Shown: piece after piece, positions 42,228-57,400 of the stretch
Layout of the letters: each line of letters begins with the position of its first letter
Numbering within the stretch: position 1 is the stretch's first letter
Assembly: GCA_964016885.1 (NCBI GenBank)
Contig: OZ024745.1
Coordinates: forward strand, 6,758,001 to 6,822,000
DNA from: Eledone cirrhosa
Lineage: Eukaryota
Direction: 5' to 3'
DNA length: 64,000 bases
The notes under the pieces: generated by a model
What the model was told of the DNA's origin: nothing
Seen by the model: the letters and a program-made list of their open reading frames with translations, nothing else
The model's database searches: none
Made by a program: the position numbers and the translations under genes

Positions 42228-45200
42228 ATGGCAGCCAGTACTATGGTGGTTCTACAATATGGCAGCCAGTACTATTCTGGCTGTAGAATATGGCAGCCAG
42301 TACTATTCTGGCTGTACAATATGGAAGCCAGTAGTATGGTGGCTGTATAATATGGCAGCCAGTACTATGGTGGCTGTACAGTATGGCAGCCAGTACTATG
42401 GTGGCTCTACAATATAGCAGCCAGTGCTATGGTGGCTGTACAATATGGCAGCCAGTACTATGGTGGCTGTACAATATGGCAGCCAGTACTATGGTGGCTG
42501 TATAATATGGCAGCCAGTACTATGGTGGCTGTACAATATGGCAGCCAGTACTATGGTGGCTGTACAATTTGGCAGCCAGTACTATGGTGGCTCTACAATA
42601 TGGCAGCCAGTGCTATGGTGGCTGTACAATATGGCAGCCAGTACTATGGTGGCTGTACAATATGGCAGCCAGTACTATTGTGGCTGTACAATATGGCAGC
42701 CAGTACTATGGTGGCTGTACAATATGGCAGCCAGTACGATGGTGGCTGTACAATATGGCAGCCAGTACTATGGTGGCTCTACAATATGGCCGCCAGTTCT
42801 ATGGTGGCTGTACAATATGGCAGCCAGTACTATGGTGGTTCTACAATATGGCAGCCAGTACTATTCTGGCTGTAGAATATGGCAGCCAGTACTATTCTGG
42901 CTGTACAATATGGAAGCCAGTAGTATGGTGGCTGTATAATATGGCAGCCAGTACTATGGTGGCTGTACAGTATGGCAGCCAGTACTATGGTGGCTCTACA
43001 ATATAGCAGCCAGTGCTATGGTGGCTGTACAATATGGCAGCCAGTACTATGGTGGCTGTACAATATGGCAGCCAGTACTATGGTGGCTGTATAATATGGC
43101 AGCCAGTACTATGGTGGCTGTACAATATGGCAGCCAGTACTAAGGTGGCTGTACAATATGGCAGCCAGTACTATGGTGGCTCTACAATATGGCAGCCAGT
43201 GCTATGGTGGCTGTACAATATGGCAGCCAGTACTATGGTGGCTGTACAATATGGCAGCCAGTACTATTGTGGCTGTACAATATGGCAGCCAGTACTATGG
43301 TGGCTGTACAATATGGCAGCCAGTACGATGGTGGCTGTACAATATGGCAGCCAGTACTATGGTGGCTCTACAATATGGCCGCCAGTTCTATGGTGGCTGT
43401 ACAATATGGCAGCCAGTACTATGGTGGCTCTACAACATAGCAGCCAGTACTATCGTGGCTGTACAATATTGCAGCTAGTACTATGGTGGCTGTACAATAT
43501 GGCAGCCAGTTCTATTATGGCTGTACAATATGGCAGCCAGTACTATTGTGGCTCAACAATATGGCAGCCAGTACTATGGTGGCTGTACAATATGGCAGCC
43601 AGTACTATGGTGGCTTTACAATATGGCAGCCAGTACTATGGTGGCTGTACAATATGGTAGCCAGTACTATGGTGGCTGTACAATATGGCAGCTAGTACTA
43701 TGGTGGCTCTAGAATATGGCCGCCAGTTCTATGGTGGCTGTACAATATGGCAGCCAGTACTATGGTGGCTGTACAATATGGCAGCCAGTACTATGGTGGC
43801 TGTACAATATGGCAGCCAGTACTATGGTGGCTGTACAATATGGCAGCCAGTTCTATGGTGGCTCTACAATATGGCAGCCAGTACTATGGTGGCTGTACAA
43901 TATGGCAGCCAGTACTATGGTGGCTCTACAATATGGCAGCCAGTACTATTCTGGCTGTACAATATGGCAGCCAGTACTATTCTGGCTGTACAGTATGGCA
44001 GCCAGTACTATGGTGGCTCTACAATATAGCAGCCAGTGCTATGGTGACTGTACAATATGGCAGCCAGTACTATGGTGGCTGTACAATATGGCAGCCAGTA
44101 CTATGGGGGCTGTACAATATGGCAGCCAGTACTATGGTGGCTCTACAATATGGCAGCCAGTGCTATGGTGGCTCTACAATATGGCAGCCAGTTCTATGGG
44201 GGCTGTACAATATGGCAGCCAGTACTATGGTGGCTGTACAATATGGCAGCCAGTACTATGGTGGCTATACGATATGGCAGCCAGTACTATGGTGGCTGTA
44301 CAATATGGCAGCCAGTACTATGGTGGCTGTAGAATATGGCAGCCAGTACTATGGTGGCTGTACAATATGGCAGCTAGTACTATGGTGGCTGTACAATATG
44401 GCAGCCAGTTCTCTGGTGGCTCTACAATATGGCAGCCAATACTATGGTGGCTGTACAATATGGCAGTCAGTACTATGGTGGCTCTACAATATGGCAGCCA
44501 GTACTATGGTGGCTCTACAATATGGCAGCCAGTACTATGGTGGCTGTACAATATTGCAGCTAGTACTATGGTGGCTGTACAATATGGCAACCAGTTCTAT
44601 GGTGGCTGTACAATATGGCAGCCAGTACTATTGTGGCTCAACAATATGGCAGCCAGTACTATGGTGGCTCTACAATATGGCAGCCAGTACTATGGTGGCT
44701 GTACAATATGGCAGCCAGTACTATGGTGGCTGTACAATATGGTAGCCAGTACTATGGTGGCTGTACAATATGGCCGCCAGTTCTATGGTGGCTGTACAAT
44801 ATGGCAGCCAGTACTATGGTGGCTCTACAATGTGGCAGCCAATACTATGGTGGCTGTACAATATGGCAGCCAGTACTATGGTGGCTGTACAATATGGCAG
44901 CCAGTGCTAAGGTGGGTCTACAATATGGCAGCCACTACTATGGTGGCTGTACAATATGGCAGCCAGTACTATGGTGGCAGTACAATATGGCAGCCAGTAC
45001 TATAGTGGCTGTACAATATAGCAGTCAGTACTATGATGGCTCTACAATATGGCAGCCAATACTATGGTGGCTGTACAACATTGCAGCCAGTATTATGGTG
45101 GCTGTACAATATGGCAGTCAGTACTATGGTGGCTCTACAATATGGCAGCCAATACTATGGTGGCTGTACAATATGGCAGTCAGTACTATGGTGGCTCTAC

Positions 45201-48200
45201 AATATGGCAGCCAGTACTATGGTGGCTCTACAATATGGCAGCCAGTACTATGGTGGCTGTACAATATTGCAGCTAGTACTATGGTGGCTGTACAATATGG
45301 CAGCCAGTTCTATGGTGGCTGTACAATATGGCAGCCAGTACTATTGTGGTTCAACAATATGGCAGCCAGTACTATGGTGGCTCTACAATATGGCAGCCAG
45401 TACTATGGTGGCTGTACAATATGGCAGCCAGTACTATGGTGGCTGTACAATATGGTAGCCAGTACTATGGTGGCTGTACAATATGGCAGCCAGTACTATG
45501 GTGGCTCTACAATATGGCCGCCATTTCTATGGTGGCTGTACAATATGGCAGCCAGTACTATGGTGGCTCTACAATGTGGCAGCCAATACTATGGAGGCTG
45601 TACAATATGGCAGCCAGTACTATGGTGGCTGTACAATATGGCAGCCAGTGCTAAGGTGGCTCTACAGTATGGCAGCCAGTACTATGGTGGCTGTACAATA
45701 TGGCAGCCAGTTCTATGGTGGCTCTACAATATGGCAGCCAGTACTATGGTGGCTGTACAATATGGCAGCCAGTACTATGGTGGTTCTACAATATGGCAGC
45801 CAGTACTATTCTGGCTGTAGAATAAGGCAGCCAGTACTATTCTGGCTGTACAATATGGAAGCCAGTAGTATGGTGGCTGTATAATATGGCAGCCAGTACT
45901 ATGGTGGCTGTACAGTATGGCAGCCAGTACTATGGTGGCTCTACAATATAGCAGCCAGTGCTATGGTGGCTGTACAATATGGCAGCCAGTACTATGGTGG
46001 CTGTACAATATGGCAGCCAGTACTATGGTGGCTGTATAATATGGCAGCCAGTACTATGGTGGCTGTACAATATGGCAGCCAGTACTATGGTGGCTGTACA
46101 ATTTGGCAGCCAGTACTATGGTGGCTCTACAATATGGCAGCCAGTGCTATGGTGGCTGTACAATATGGCAGCCAGTACTATGGTGGCTGTACAATATGGC
46201 AGCCAGTACTATTGTGGCTGTACAATATGGCAGCCAGTACTATGGTGGCTGTACAATATGGCAGCCAGTACGATGGTGGCTGTACAATATGGCAGCCAGT
46301 ACTATGGTGGCTCTACAATATGGCCGCCAGTTCTATGGTGGCTGTACAATATGGCAGCCAGTACTATGGTGGTTCTACAATATGGCAGCCAGTACTATTC
46401 TGGCTGTAGAATATGGCAGCCAGTACTATTCTGGCTGTACAATATGGAAGCCAGTAGTATGGTGGCTGTATAATATGGCAGCCAGTACTATGGTGGCTGT
46501 ACAGTATGGCAGCCAGTACTATGGTGGCTCTACAATATAGCAGCCAGTGCTATGGTGGCTGTACAATATGGCAGCCAGTACTATGGTGGCTGTACAATAT
46601 GGCAGCCAGTACTATGGTGGCTGTATAATATGGCAGCCAGTACTATGGTGGCTGTACAATATGGCAGCCAGTACTAAGGTGGCTGTACAATATGGCAGCC
46701 AGTACTATGGTGGCTCTACAATATGGCAGCCAGTGCTATGGTGGCTGTACAATATGGCAGCCAGTACTATGGTGGCTGTACAATATGGCAGCCAGTACTA
46801 TTGTGGCTGTACAATATGGCAGCCAGTACTATGGTGGCTGTACAATATGGCAGCCAGTACGATGGTGGCTGTACAATATGGCAGCCAGTACTATGGTGGC
46901 TCTACAATATGGCCGCCAGTTCTATGGTGGCTGTACAATATGGCAGCCAGTACTATGGTGGCTCTACAACATAGCAGCCAGTACTATCGTGGCTGTACAA
47001 TATTGCAGCTAGTACTATGGTGGCTGTACAATATGGCAGCCAGTTCTATTATGGCTGTACAATATGGCAGCCAGTACTATTGTGGCTCAACAATATGGCA
47101 GCCAGTACTATGGTGGCTGTACAATATGGCAGCCAGTACTATGGTGGCTTTACAATATGGCAGCCAGTACTATGGTGGCTGTACAATATGGTAGCCAGTA
47201 CTATGGTGGCTGTACAATATGGCAGCTAGTACTATGGTGGCTCTAGAATATGGCCGCCAGTTCTATGGTGGCTGTACAATATGGCAGCCAGTACTATGGT
47301 GGCTGTACAATATGGCAGCCAGTACTATGGTGGCTGTACAATATGGCAGCCAGTACTATGGTGGCTGTACAATATGGCAGCCAGTTCTATGGTGGCTCTA
47401 CAATATGGCAGCCAGTACTATGGTGGCTGTACAATATGGCAGCCAGTACTATGGTGGCTCTACAATATGGCAGCCAGTACTATTCTGGCTGTACAATATG
47501 GCAGCCAGTACTATTCTGGCTGTACAGTATGGCAGCCAGTACTATGGTGGCTCTACAATATAGCAGCCAGTGCTATGGTGACTGTACAATATGGCAGCCA
47601 GTACTATGGTGGCTGTACAATATGGCAGCCAGTACTATGGGGGCTGTACAATATGGCAGCCAGTACTATGGTGGCTCTACAATATGGCAGCCAGTGCTAT
47701 GGTGGCTCTACAATATGGCAGCCAGTTCTATGGGGGCTGTACAATATGGCAGCCAGTACTATGGTGGCTGTACAATATGGCAGCCAGTACTATGGTGGCT
47801 ATACGATATGGCAGCCAGTACTATGGTGGCTGTACAATATGGCAGCCAGTACTATGGTGGCTGTAGAATATGGCAGCCAGTACTATGGTGGCTGTACAAT
47901 ATGGCAGCTAGTACTATGGTGGCTGTACAATATGGCAGCCAGTTCTCTGGTGGCTCTACAATATGGCAGCCAATACTATGGTGGCTGTACAATATGGCAG
48001 TCAGTACTATGGTGGCTCTACAATATGGCAGCCAGTACTATGGTGGCTCTACAATATGGCAGCCAGTACTATGGTGGCTGTACAATATTGCAGCTAGTAC
48101 TATGGTGGCTGTACAATATGGCAACCAGTTCTATGGTGGCTGTACAATATGGCAGCCAGTACTATTGTGGCTCAACAATATGGCAGCCAGTACTATGGTG

Positions 48201-48458
48201 GCTCTACAATATGGCAGCCAGTACTATGGTGGCTGTACAATATGGCAGCCAGTACTATGGTGGCTGTACAATATGGTAGCCAGTACTATGGTGGCTGTAC
48301 AATATGGCCGCCAGTTCTATGGTGGCTGTACAATATGGCAGCCAGTACTATGGTGGCTCTACAATGTGGCAGCCAATACTATGGTGGCTGTACAATATGG
48401 CAGCCAGTACTATGGTGGCTGTACAATATGGCAGCCAGTGCTAAGGTGGGTCTACAAT
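41391..48458. repeat. 3,534-bp (114-monomer) tandem duplication: 41391-44924 and 44925-48458
   Basis: 41499/45033, 42424/45958 and 43716/47250 = 3534. Private alleles CAATTTGG (about 42566/46100) and TACTAAGG (about 43138/46672) occur in this block only in these two copies. Confidence 0.92.
42228..43405. repeat. 589-bp (19-monomer) tandem duplication, also at 45762, 50008 and 59526
   Basis: The GGTTCTAC / TATTCTGGCTGTAGAAT block starts at 42228 and 42817. ORF pairs 42424/43013, 45958/46547, 50204/50793 and 59722/60311 are 589 apart. Confidence 0.9.
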
Positions 48459-51400
48459 ATGGCAGCCAGTACTATGGTGGCTGTACAATATGGCAGCCAG
48501 TTCTATGGTGGCTCTACAATATGGCAGCCAGTACTATGGTGGCTGTACAATATGGCAGCCAGTACTATGGTGGCTCTACAATATGGAAGCCAGTAGTATG
48601 GTGGCTGTATAATATGGCAGCCAGTACTATGGTGGCTGTACAGTATGGCAGCCAGTACTATGGTGGCTCTACAATACAGCAGCCAGTGCTATGGTGGCTG
48701 TACAATATGGCAGCCAGTACTATGGTGACTGTACAATATGGCAGCTAGTACTATGGTGGATGTACAATAGGGCAGCCAGTGCTATGGTGATTGTACAATA
48801 TGGCAGCCAGTACTATGGTGGCTGTACAATATGGCCGCCAGTACTATGGTGACTGTACAATATGGCAGCCAGTACTATGGTAGTTCTACAATATGGCAGC
48901 CAGTGCTATGGTGGCTCTACTATATGGCAGCCAGTTCTATGGTGGCTGTACAATATGGCAGCCAGTAATATGGTGGCTGTACAATATGGCAGCCAGTACT
49001 ATGGTGGCTATACAATATGGCAGCTAGTACTATGGTGGCTCTACAATATGGCAGCCAGTACTATGGTGGCTGTACAATATGGCAGCCAGTACTATGGTGG
49101 CTGTACAATATGGCAGCCAGTACTATGGTGGCTGTACAATATGGCAGCCAGTACTATGGTGGCTGTACACTATGGCAGTAGTACTATGGTGGCTCTACAA
49201 TATGGCAGCCAATCCTATGGTGGCTGTACAATATTGCAGCCAGTACTATGGTGGCTGTACAATATTGCAGCTAGTACTATGGTGGCTGTACAATATGGCA
49301 GCCAGTGCTATGGTGCCTCTACAATATGGCAGCCAGTACTATTGTGGCTCTACAATATGGCAGCCAGTACTATGGTGGCTCTACAATATGGCAGCCAGTA
49401 CTATGGTGGCTCTACAATACAGCAGCCAGTGCTATGGTGGCTGTACAATATGGCAGCCAGTACTATGGTGGCTGTACAATATGGCAGCCAGTACTATGGT
49501 AGCTGTATAATATGGCAGCCAGTACTATGGTGGCTGTACAATATGGCAGCCAGTACTATGGTGGCTGTACAATATGGCAGCCAGTACTATGGTGGCTCTA
49601 CAATACAGCAGCCAGTGCTATGGTGGCTGTACAATATGGCAGCCAGTACTATGGTGGCTGTACAATATGGCAGCCAGTACTATGGTAGCTGTATAATATG
49701 GCAGCCAGTACTATGGTGGCTGTACAATATGGCAGCCAGTACTATGGTGGCTGTACAATATGGCAGCCAGTACTATGGTGGCTCTACAATATGGCAGCCA
49801 GTGCTATGGTGGCTGTACAATATGGCAGCCAGTCCTATGGTGGCTGTACAATATGGCAGCCAGTACTATTGTGGCTCAACAATATGGCAGCCGGTACTAT
49901 GGTGGCTCTACAATATGGCAGCCAATACTATGGTGGCTGTACAATATGGCAACCAGTACTATGGTGGCTGTACAATATGGCATCCTGTGCTATGGTGGCT
50001 CTACAATATGGCAGCCAGTACTATGGTGGTTCTACAATATGGCAGCCAGTACTATTCTGGCTGTAGAATATGGCAGCCAGTACTATTCTGGCTGTACAAT
50101 ATGGAAGCCAGTAGTATGGTGGCTGTATAATATGGCAGCCAGTACTATGGTGGCTGTACAGTATGGCAGCCAGTACTATGGTGGCTCTACAATATAGCAG
50201 CCAGTGCTATGGTGGCTGTACAATATGGCAGCCAGTACTATGGTGGCTGTACAATATGGCAGCCAGTACTATGGTGGCTGTATAATATGGCAGCCAGTAC
50301 TATGGTGGCTGTACAATATGGCAGCCAGTACTATGGTGGCTGTACAATATGGCAGCCAGTACTATGGTGGCTCTACAATATGGCAGCCAGTGCTATGGTG
50401 GCTGTACAATATGGCAGCCAGTACTATGGTGGCTGTACAATATGGCAGCCAGTACTATTGTGGCTGTACAATATGGCAGCCAGTACTATGGTGGCTGTAC
50501 AATATGGCAGCCAGTACGATGGTGGCTGTACAATATGGCAGCCAGTACTATGGTGGCTCTACAATATGGCCGCCAGTTCTATGGTGGCTGTACAATATGG
50601 CAGCCAGTACTATGGTGGTTCTACAATATGGCAGCCAGTACTATTCTGGCTGTAGAATATGGCAGCCAGTACTATTCTGGCTGTACAATATGGAAGCCAG
50701 TAGTATGGTGGCTGTATAATATGGCAGCCAGTACTATGGTGGCTGTACAGTATGGCAGCCAGTACTATGGTGGCTCTACAATATAGCAGCCAGTGCTATG
50801 GTGGCTGTACAATATGGCAGCCAGTACTATGGTGGCTGTACAATATGGCAGCCAGTACTATGGTGGCTGTATAATATGGCAGCCAGTACTATGGTGGCTG
50901 TACAATATGGCAGCCAGTACTATGGTGGCTGTACAATATGGCAGCCAGTACTATGGTGGCTCTACAATATGGCAGCCAGTGCTATGGTGGCTGTACAATA
51001 TGGCAGCCAGTACTATGGTGGCTGTACAATATGGCAGCCAGTACTATTGTGGCTGTACAATATGGCAGCCAGTACTATGGTGGCTGTACAATATGGCAGC
51101 CAGTACGATGGTGGCTGTACAATATGGCAGCCAGTACTATGGTGGCTCTACAATATGGCCGCCAGTTCTATGGTGGCTGTACAATATGGCAGCCAGTACT
51201 ATGGTGGCTCTACAACATAGCAGCCAGTACTATCGTGGCTGTACAATATTGCAGCTAGTACTATGGTGGCTGTACAATATGGCAGCCAGTTCTATTATGG
51301 CTGTACAATATGGCAGCCAGTACTATTGTGGCTCAACAATATGGCAGCCAGTACTATGGTGGCTGTACAATATGGCAGCCAGTACTATGGTGGCTTTACA

Positions 51401-51495
51401 ATATGGCAGCCAGTACTATGGTGGCTGTACAATATGGTAGCCAGTACTATGGTGGCTGTACAATATGGCAGCTAGTACTATGGTGGCTCTAGAAT
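43716..51495. repeat. Rearranged HOR unit 2 (7,780 bp = 9518 + 3534 - 5272)
   Basis: Contains the second copy of the 3534-bp duplication. At 50008 it jumps from the equivalent of unit-1 position 36956 to that of 42228. Confidence 0.85.
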
Positions 51496-54400
51496 ATGGC
51501 CGCCAGTTCTATGGTGGCTGTACAATATGGCAGCCAGTACTATGGTGGCTGTACAATATGGCAGCCAGTACTATGGTGGCTGTACAATATGGCAGCCAGT
51601 ACTATGGTGGCTGTACAATATGGCAGCCAGTTCTATGGTGGCTCTACAATATGGCAGCCAGTACTATGGTGGCTGTACAATATGGCAGCCAGTACTATGG
51701 TGGCTCTACAATATGGCAGCCAGTACTATTCTGGCTGTACAATATGGCAGCCAGTACTATTCTGGCTGTACAGTATGGCAGCCAGTACTATGGTGGCTCT
51801 ACAATATAGCAGCCAGTGCTATGGTGACTGTACAATATGGCAGCCAGTACTATGGTGGCTGTACAATATGGCAGCCAGTACTATGGGGGCTGTACAATAT
51901 GGCAGCCAGTACTATGGTGGCTCTACAATATGGCAGCCAGTGCTATGGTGGCTCTACAATATGGCAGCCAGTTCTATGGGGGCTGTACAATATGGCAGCC
52001 AGTACTATGGTGGCTGTACAATATGGCAGCCAGTACTATGGTGGCTATACGATATGGCAGCCAGTACTATGGTGGCTGTACAATATGGCAGCCAGTACTA
52101 TGGTGGCTGTAGAATATGGCAGCCAGTACTATGGTGGCTGTACAATATGGCAGCTAGTACTATGGTGGCTGTACAATATGGCAGCCAGTTCTCTGGTGGC
52201 TCTACAATATGGCAGCCAATACTATGGTGGCTGTACAATATGGCAGTCAGTACTATGGTGGCTCTACAATATGGCAGCCAGTACTATGGTGGCTCTACAA
52301 TATGGCAGCCAGTACTATGGTGGCTGTACAATATTGCAGCTAGTACTATGGTGGCTGTACAATATGGCAACCAGTTCTATGGTGGCTGTACAATATGGCA
52401 GCCAGTACTATTGTGGCTCAACAATATGGCAGCCAGTACTATGGTGGCTCTACAATATGGCAGCCAGTACTATGGTGGCTGTACAATATGGCAGCCAGTA
52501 CTATGGTGGCTGTACAATATGGTAGCCAGTACTATGGTGGCTGTACAATATGGCCGCCAGTTCTATGGTGGCTGTACAATATGGCAGCCAGTACTATGGT
52601 GGCTCTACAATGTGGCAGCCAATACTATGGTGGCTGTACAATATGGCAGCCAGTACTATGGTGGCTGTACAATATGGCAGCCAGTGCTAAGGTGGGTCTA
52701 CAATATGGCAGCCAGTACTATGGTGGCTGTACAATATGGCAGCCAGTTCTATGGTGGCTCTACAATATGGCAGCCAGTACTATGGTGGCTGTACAATATG
52801 GCAGCCAGTACTATGGTGGCTCTACAATATGGAAGCCAGTAGTATGGTGGCTGTATAATATGGCAGCCAGTACTATGGTGGCTGTACAGTATGGCAGCCA
52901 GTACTATGGTGGCTCTACAATACAGCAGCCAGTGCTATGGTGGCTGTACAATATGGCAGCCAGTACTATGGTGACTGTACAATATGGCAGCTAGTACTAT
53001 GGTGGATGTACAATAGGGCAGCCAGTGCTATGGTGATTGTACAATATGGCAGCCAGTACTATGGTGGCTGTACAATATGGCCGCCAGTACTATGGTGACT
53101 GTACAATATGGCAGCCAGTACTATGGTAGTTCTACAATATGGCAGCCAGTGCTATGGTGGCTCTACTATATGGCAGCCAGTTCTATGGTGGCTGTACAAT
53201 ATGGCAGCCAGTAATATGGTGGCTGTACAATATGGCAGCCAGTACTATGGTGGCTATACAATATGGCAGCTAGTACTATGGTGGCTCTACAATATGGCAG
53301 CCAGTACTATGGTGGCTGTACAATATGGCAGCCAGTACTATGGTGGCTGTACAATATGGCAGCCAGTACTATGGTGGCTGTACAATATGGCAGCCAGTAC
53401 TATGGTGGCTGTACACTATGGCAGTAGTACTATGGTGGCTCTACAATATGGCAGCCAATCCTATGGTGGCTGTACAATATTGCAGCCAGTACTATGGTGG
53501 CTGTACAATATTGCAGCTAGTACTATGGTGGCTGTACAATATGGCAGCCAGTGCTATGGTGCCTCTACAATATGGCAGCCAGTACTATTGTGGCTCTACA
53601 ATATGGCAGCCAGTACTATGGTGGCTCTACAATATGGCAGCCAGTACTATGGTGGCTCTACAATACAGCAGCCAGTGCTATGGTGGCTGTACAATATGGC
53701 AGCCAGTACTATGGTGGCTGTACAATATGGCAGCCAGTACTATGGTAGCTGTATAATATGGCAGCCAGTACTATGGTGGCTGTACAATATGGCAGCCAGT
53801 ACTATGGTGGCTGTACAATATGGCAGCCAGTACTATGGTGGCTCTACAATACAGCAGCCAGTGCTATGGTGGCTGTACAATATGGCAGCCAGTACTATGG
53901 TGGCTGTACAATATGGCAGCCAGTACTATGGTAGCTGTATAATATGGCAGCCAGTACTATGGTGGCTGTACAATATGGCAGCCAGTACTATGGTGGCTGT
54001 ACAATATGGCAGCCAGTACTATGGTGGCTCTACAATATGGCAGCCAGTGCTATGGTGGCTGTACAATATGGCAGCCAGTCCTATGGTGGCTGTACAATAT
54101 GGCAGCCAGTACTATTGTGGCTCAACAATATGGCAGCCGGTACTATGGTGGCTCTACAATATGGCAGCCAATACTATGGTGGCTGTACAATATGGCAACC
54201 AGTACTATGGTGGCTGTACAATATGGCATCCTGTGCTATGGTGGCTCTACAATATGGCTGCCAGTACTATGGTGGCTGTACAATATGGCAGCAAGTACTA
54301 TGGTGGCTCTACAATATGGCAGCCAGTACTATGGTGGCTGTACAATATGGCAGCCAGTGCTATGGTGGCTCTACAATATGGCAGCCAGTACTATGGTGGC

Positions 54401-57400
54401 TATACAATATGGCAGCTAGTACTATGGTGGCTGTACAATATGGCAGCCAGTCCTATGCTGGCTGTACAATATGGCAGCCAGTACTATGGTGGCTGTATAA
54501 TATGGCAGCCAGTGCTATGGTGGCTCTACAATATGGTAGCCAGTACTATGGTGGCTGTACAATAGGGCAGCCAGTGCTATGGTGGCTGTACAATATCGCA
54601 GCCAATACTATGGTGGCTCTACAATATGGCAGCCAGTACTATGGTGGCTGTACAATATGACAGCCAGTACTATGGTGGCTGTACCATATGGCAACCAGTA
54701 CTATGGTGACTGTACAATATGGCAGCCAGTACTATGGTGGCTCTACAATATGGCAGCAAAGTACTATGGTGGCTCTACAATATGGCAGCCAGTACTATGG
54801 TGGCTCTACAATATGGCAGCCAGTACTATGTTGGTTTTACAATATGGCAGCCAGTACTATGGTGGCTCTACAATATGGCAGCCAGTACTATGGTGGCTGT
54901 ACAATATGGCAGCCAGTGCTATGGTGGCTCTACAATATGGCAGCCAGTACTATGGTGGCTATACAATATGGCAGCTAGTACTATGGTGGCTGTACAATAT
55001 GGCAGCCAGTCCTATGGTGGCTGTACAATATGGCAGCCAGTACTATGGTGGCTGTATAATATGGCAGCCAGTGCTATGGTGGCTCTACAATATGGCAGCC
55101 AGTACTATGGTGGCTGTACAATATGGCAGCCAGTACTATGTTGGTTTTACAATATGGCAGCCAGTACTATGGTGGCTCTACAATATGGCAGCCAGTACTA
55201 TGGTGGCTGTACAATATGGCAGCCAGTACTATGGTGACTGTACAATATGGCAGCCAGTACTATGGTGGCTGTACAATATGGCAGCCAGTACTATGGTGGC
55301 TCTACAATATGGCAGCCACTACTATGGTGGCTGTACAATATGGCAGCCAGTACTATGGTGGCAGTACAATATGGCAGCCAGTACTATAGTGGCTGTACAA
55401 TATAGCAGTCAGTACTATGATGGCTCTACAATATGGCAGCCAATACTATGGTGGCTGTACAACATTGCAGCCAGTATTATGGTGGCTGTACAATATGGCA
55501 GTCAGTACTATGGTGGCTCTACAATATGGCAGCCAATACTATGGTGGCTGTACAATATGGCAGTCAGTACTATGGTGGCTCTACAATATGGCAGCCAGTA
55601 CTATGGTGGCTCTACAATATGGCAGCCAGTACTATGGTGGCTGTACAATATTGCAGCTAGTACTATGGTGGCTGTACAATATGGCAGCCAGTTCTATGGT
55701 GGCTGTACAATATGGCAGCCAGTACTATTGTGGTTCAACAATATGGCAGCCAGTACTATGGTGGCTCTACAATATGGCAGCCAGTACTATGGTGGCTGTA
55801 CAATATGGCAGCCAGTACTATGGTGGCTGTACAATATGGTAGCCAGTACTATGGTGGCTGTACAATATGGCAGCCAGTACTATGGTGGCTCTACAATATG
55901 GCCGCCAGTTCTATGGTGGCTGTACAATATGGCAGCCAGTACTATGGTGGCTCTACAATGTGGCAGCCAATACTATGGAGGCTGTACAATATGGCAGCCA
56001 GTACTATGGTGGCTGTACAATATGGCAGCCAGTGCTAAGGTGGCTCTACAGTATGGCAGCCAGTACTATGGTGGCTGTACAATATGGCAGCCAGTTCTAT
56101 GGTGGCTCTACAATATGGCAGCCAGTACTATGGTGGCTGTACAATATGGCAGCCAGTACTATGGTGGCTCTACAATATGGAAGCCAGTAGTATGGTGGCT
56201 GTATAATATGGCAGCCAGTACTATGGTGGCTGTACAGTATGGCAGCCAGTACTATGGTGGCTCTACAATACAGCAGCCAGTGCTATGGTGGCTGTACAAT
56301 ATGGCAGCCAGTACTATGGTGACTGTACAATATGGCAGCTAGTACTATGGTGGCTGTACAATAGGGCAGCCAGTGCTATGGTGATTGTACAATATGGCAG
56401 CCAGTACTATGGTGGCTGTACAATATGGCCGCCAGTACTATGGTGACTGTACAATATGGCAGCCAGTACTATGGTAGCTCTACAATATGGCAGCCAGTGC
56501 TATGGTGGCTCTACTATATGGCAGCCAGTTCTATGGTGGCTGTACAATATGGCAGCCAGTAATATGGTGGCTGTACAATATGGCAGCCAGTACTATGGTG
56601 GCTATACAATATGGCAGCTAGTACTATGGTGGCTCTACAATATGGCAGCCAGTACTATGGTGGCTGTACAATATGGCAGCCAGTACTATGGTGGCTGTAC
56701 AATATGGCAGCCAGTACTATGGTGGCTGTACAATATGGCAGCCAGTACTATGGTGGCTGTACACTATGGCAGTCAGTACTATGGTGGCTCTACAATATGG
56801 CAGCCAATCCTATGGTGGCTGTACAATATTGCAGCCAGTACTATGGTGGCTGTACAATATTGCAGCTAGTACTATGGTGGCTGTACAATATGGCAGCCAG
56901 TGCTATGGTGCCTCTACAATATGGCAGCCAGTACTATTGTGGCTCTACAATATGGCAGCCAGTACTATGGTGGCTCTACAATATGGCAGCCAGTACTATG
57001 GTGGCTCTACAATACAGCAGCCAGTGCTATGGTGGCTGTACAATATGGCAGCCAGTACTATGGTGGCTGTACAATATGGCAGCCAGTACTATGGTAGCTG
57101 TATAATAAGGCAGCCAGTACTATGGTGGCTGTACAATATGGCAGCCAGTACTATGGTGGCTGTACAATATGGCAGCCAGTACTATGGTGGCTCTACAATA
57201 CAGCAGCCAGTGCTATGGTGGCTGTACAATATGGCAGCCAGTACTATGGTGGCTGTACAATATGGCAGCCAGTACTATGGTAGCTGTATAATATGGCAGC
57301 CAGTACTATGGTGGCTGTACAATATGGCAGCCAGTACTATGGTGGCTGTACAATATGGCAGCCAGTACTATGGTGGCTCTACAATATGGCAGCCAGTGCT

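Larger units (their letters stand above)
34198..43715. repeat. 9,518-bp HOR unit 1 (307 monomers + 1 bp)
   Basis: The same marker series restarts at 34198, 43716, 51496 and 61014. 43716-34198 = 61014-51496 = 9518. Confidence 0.9.
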
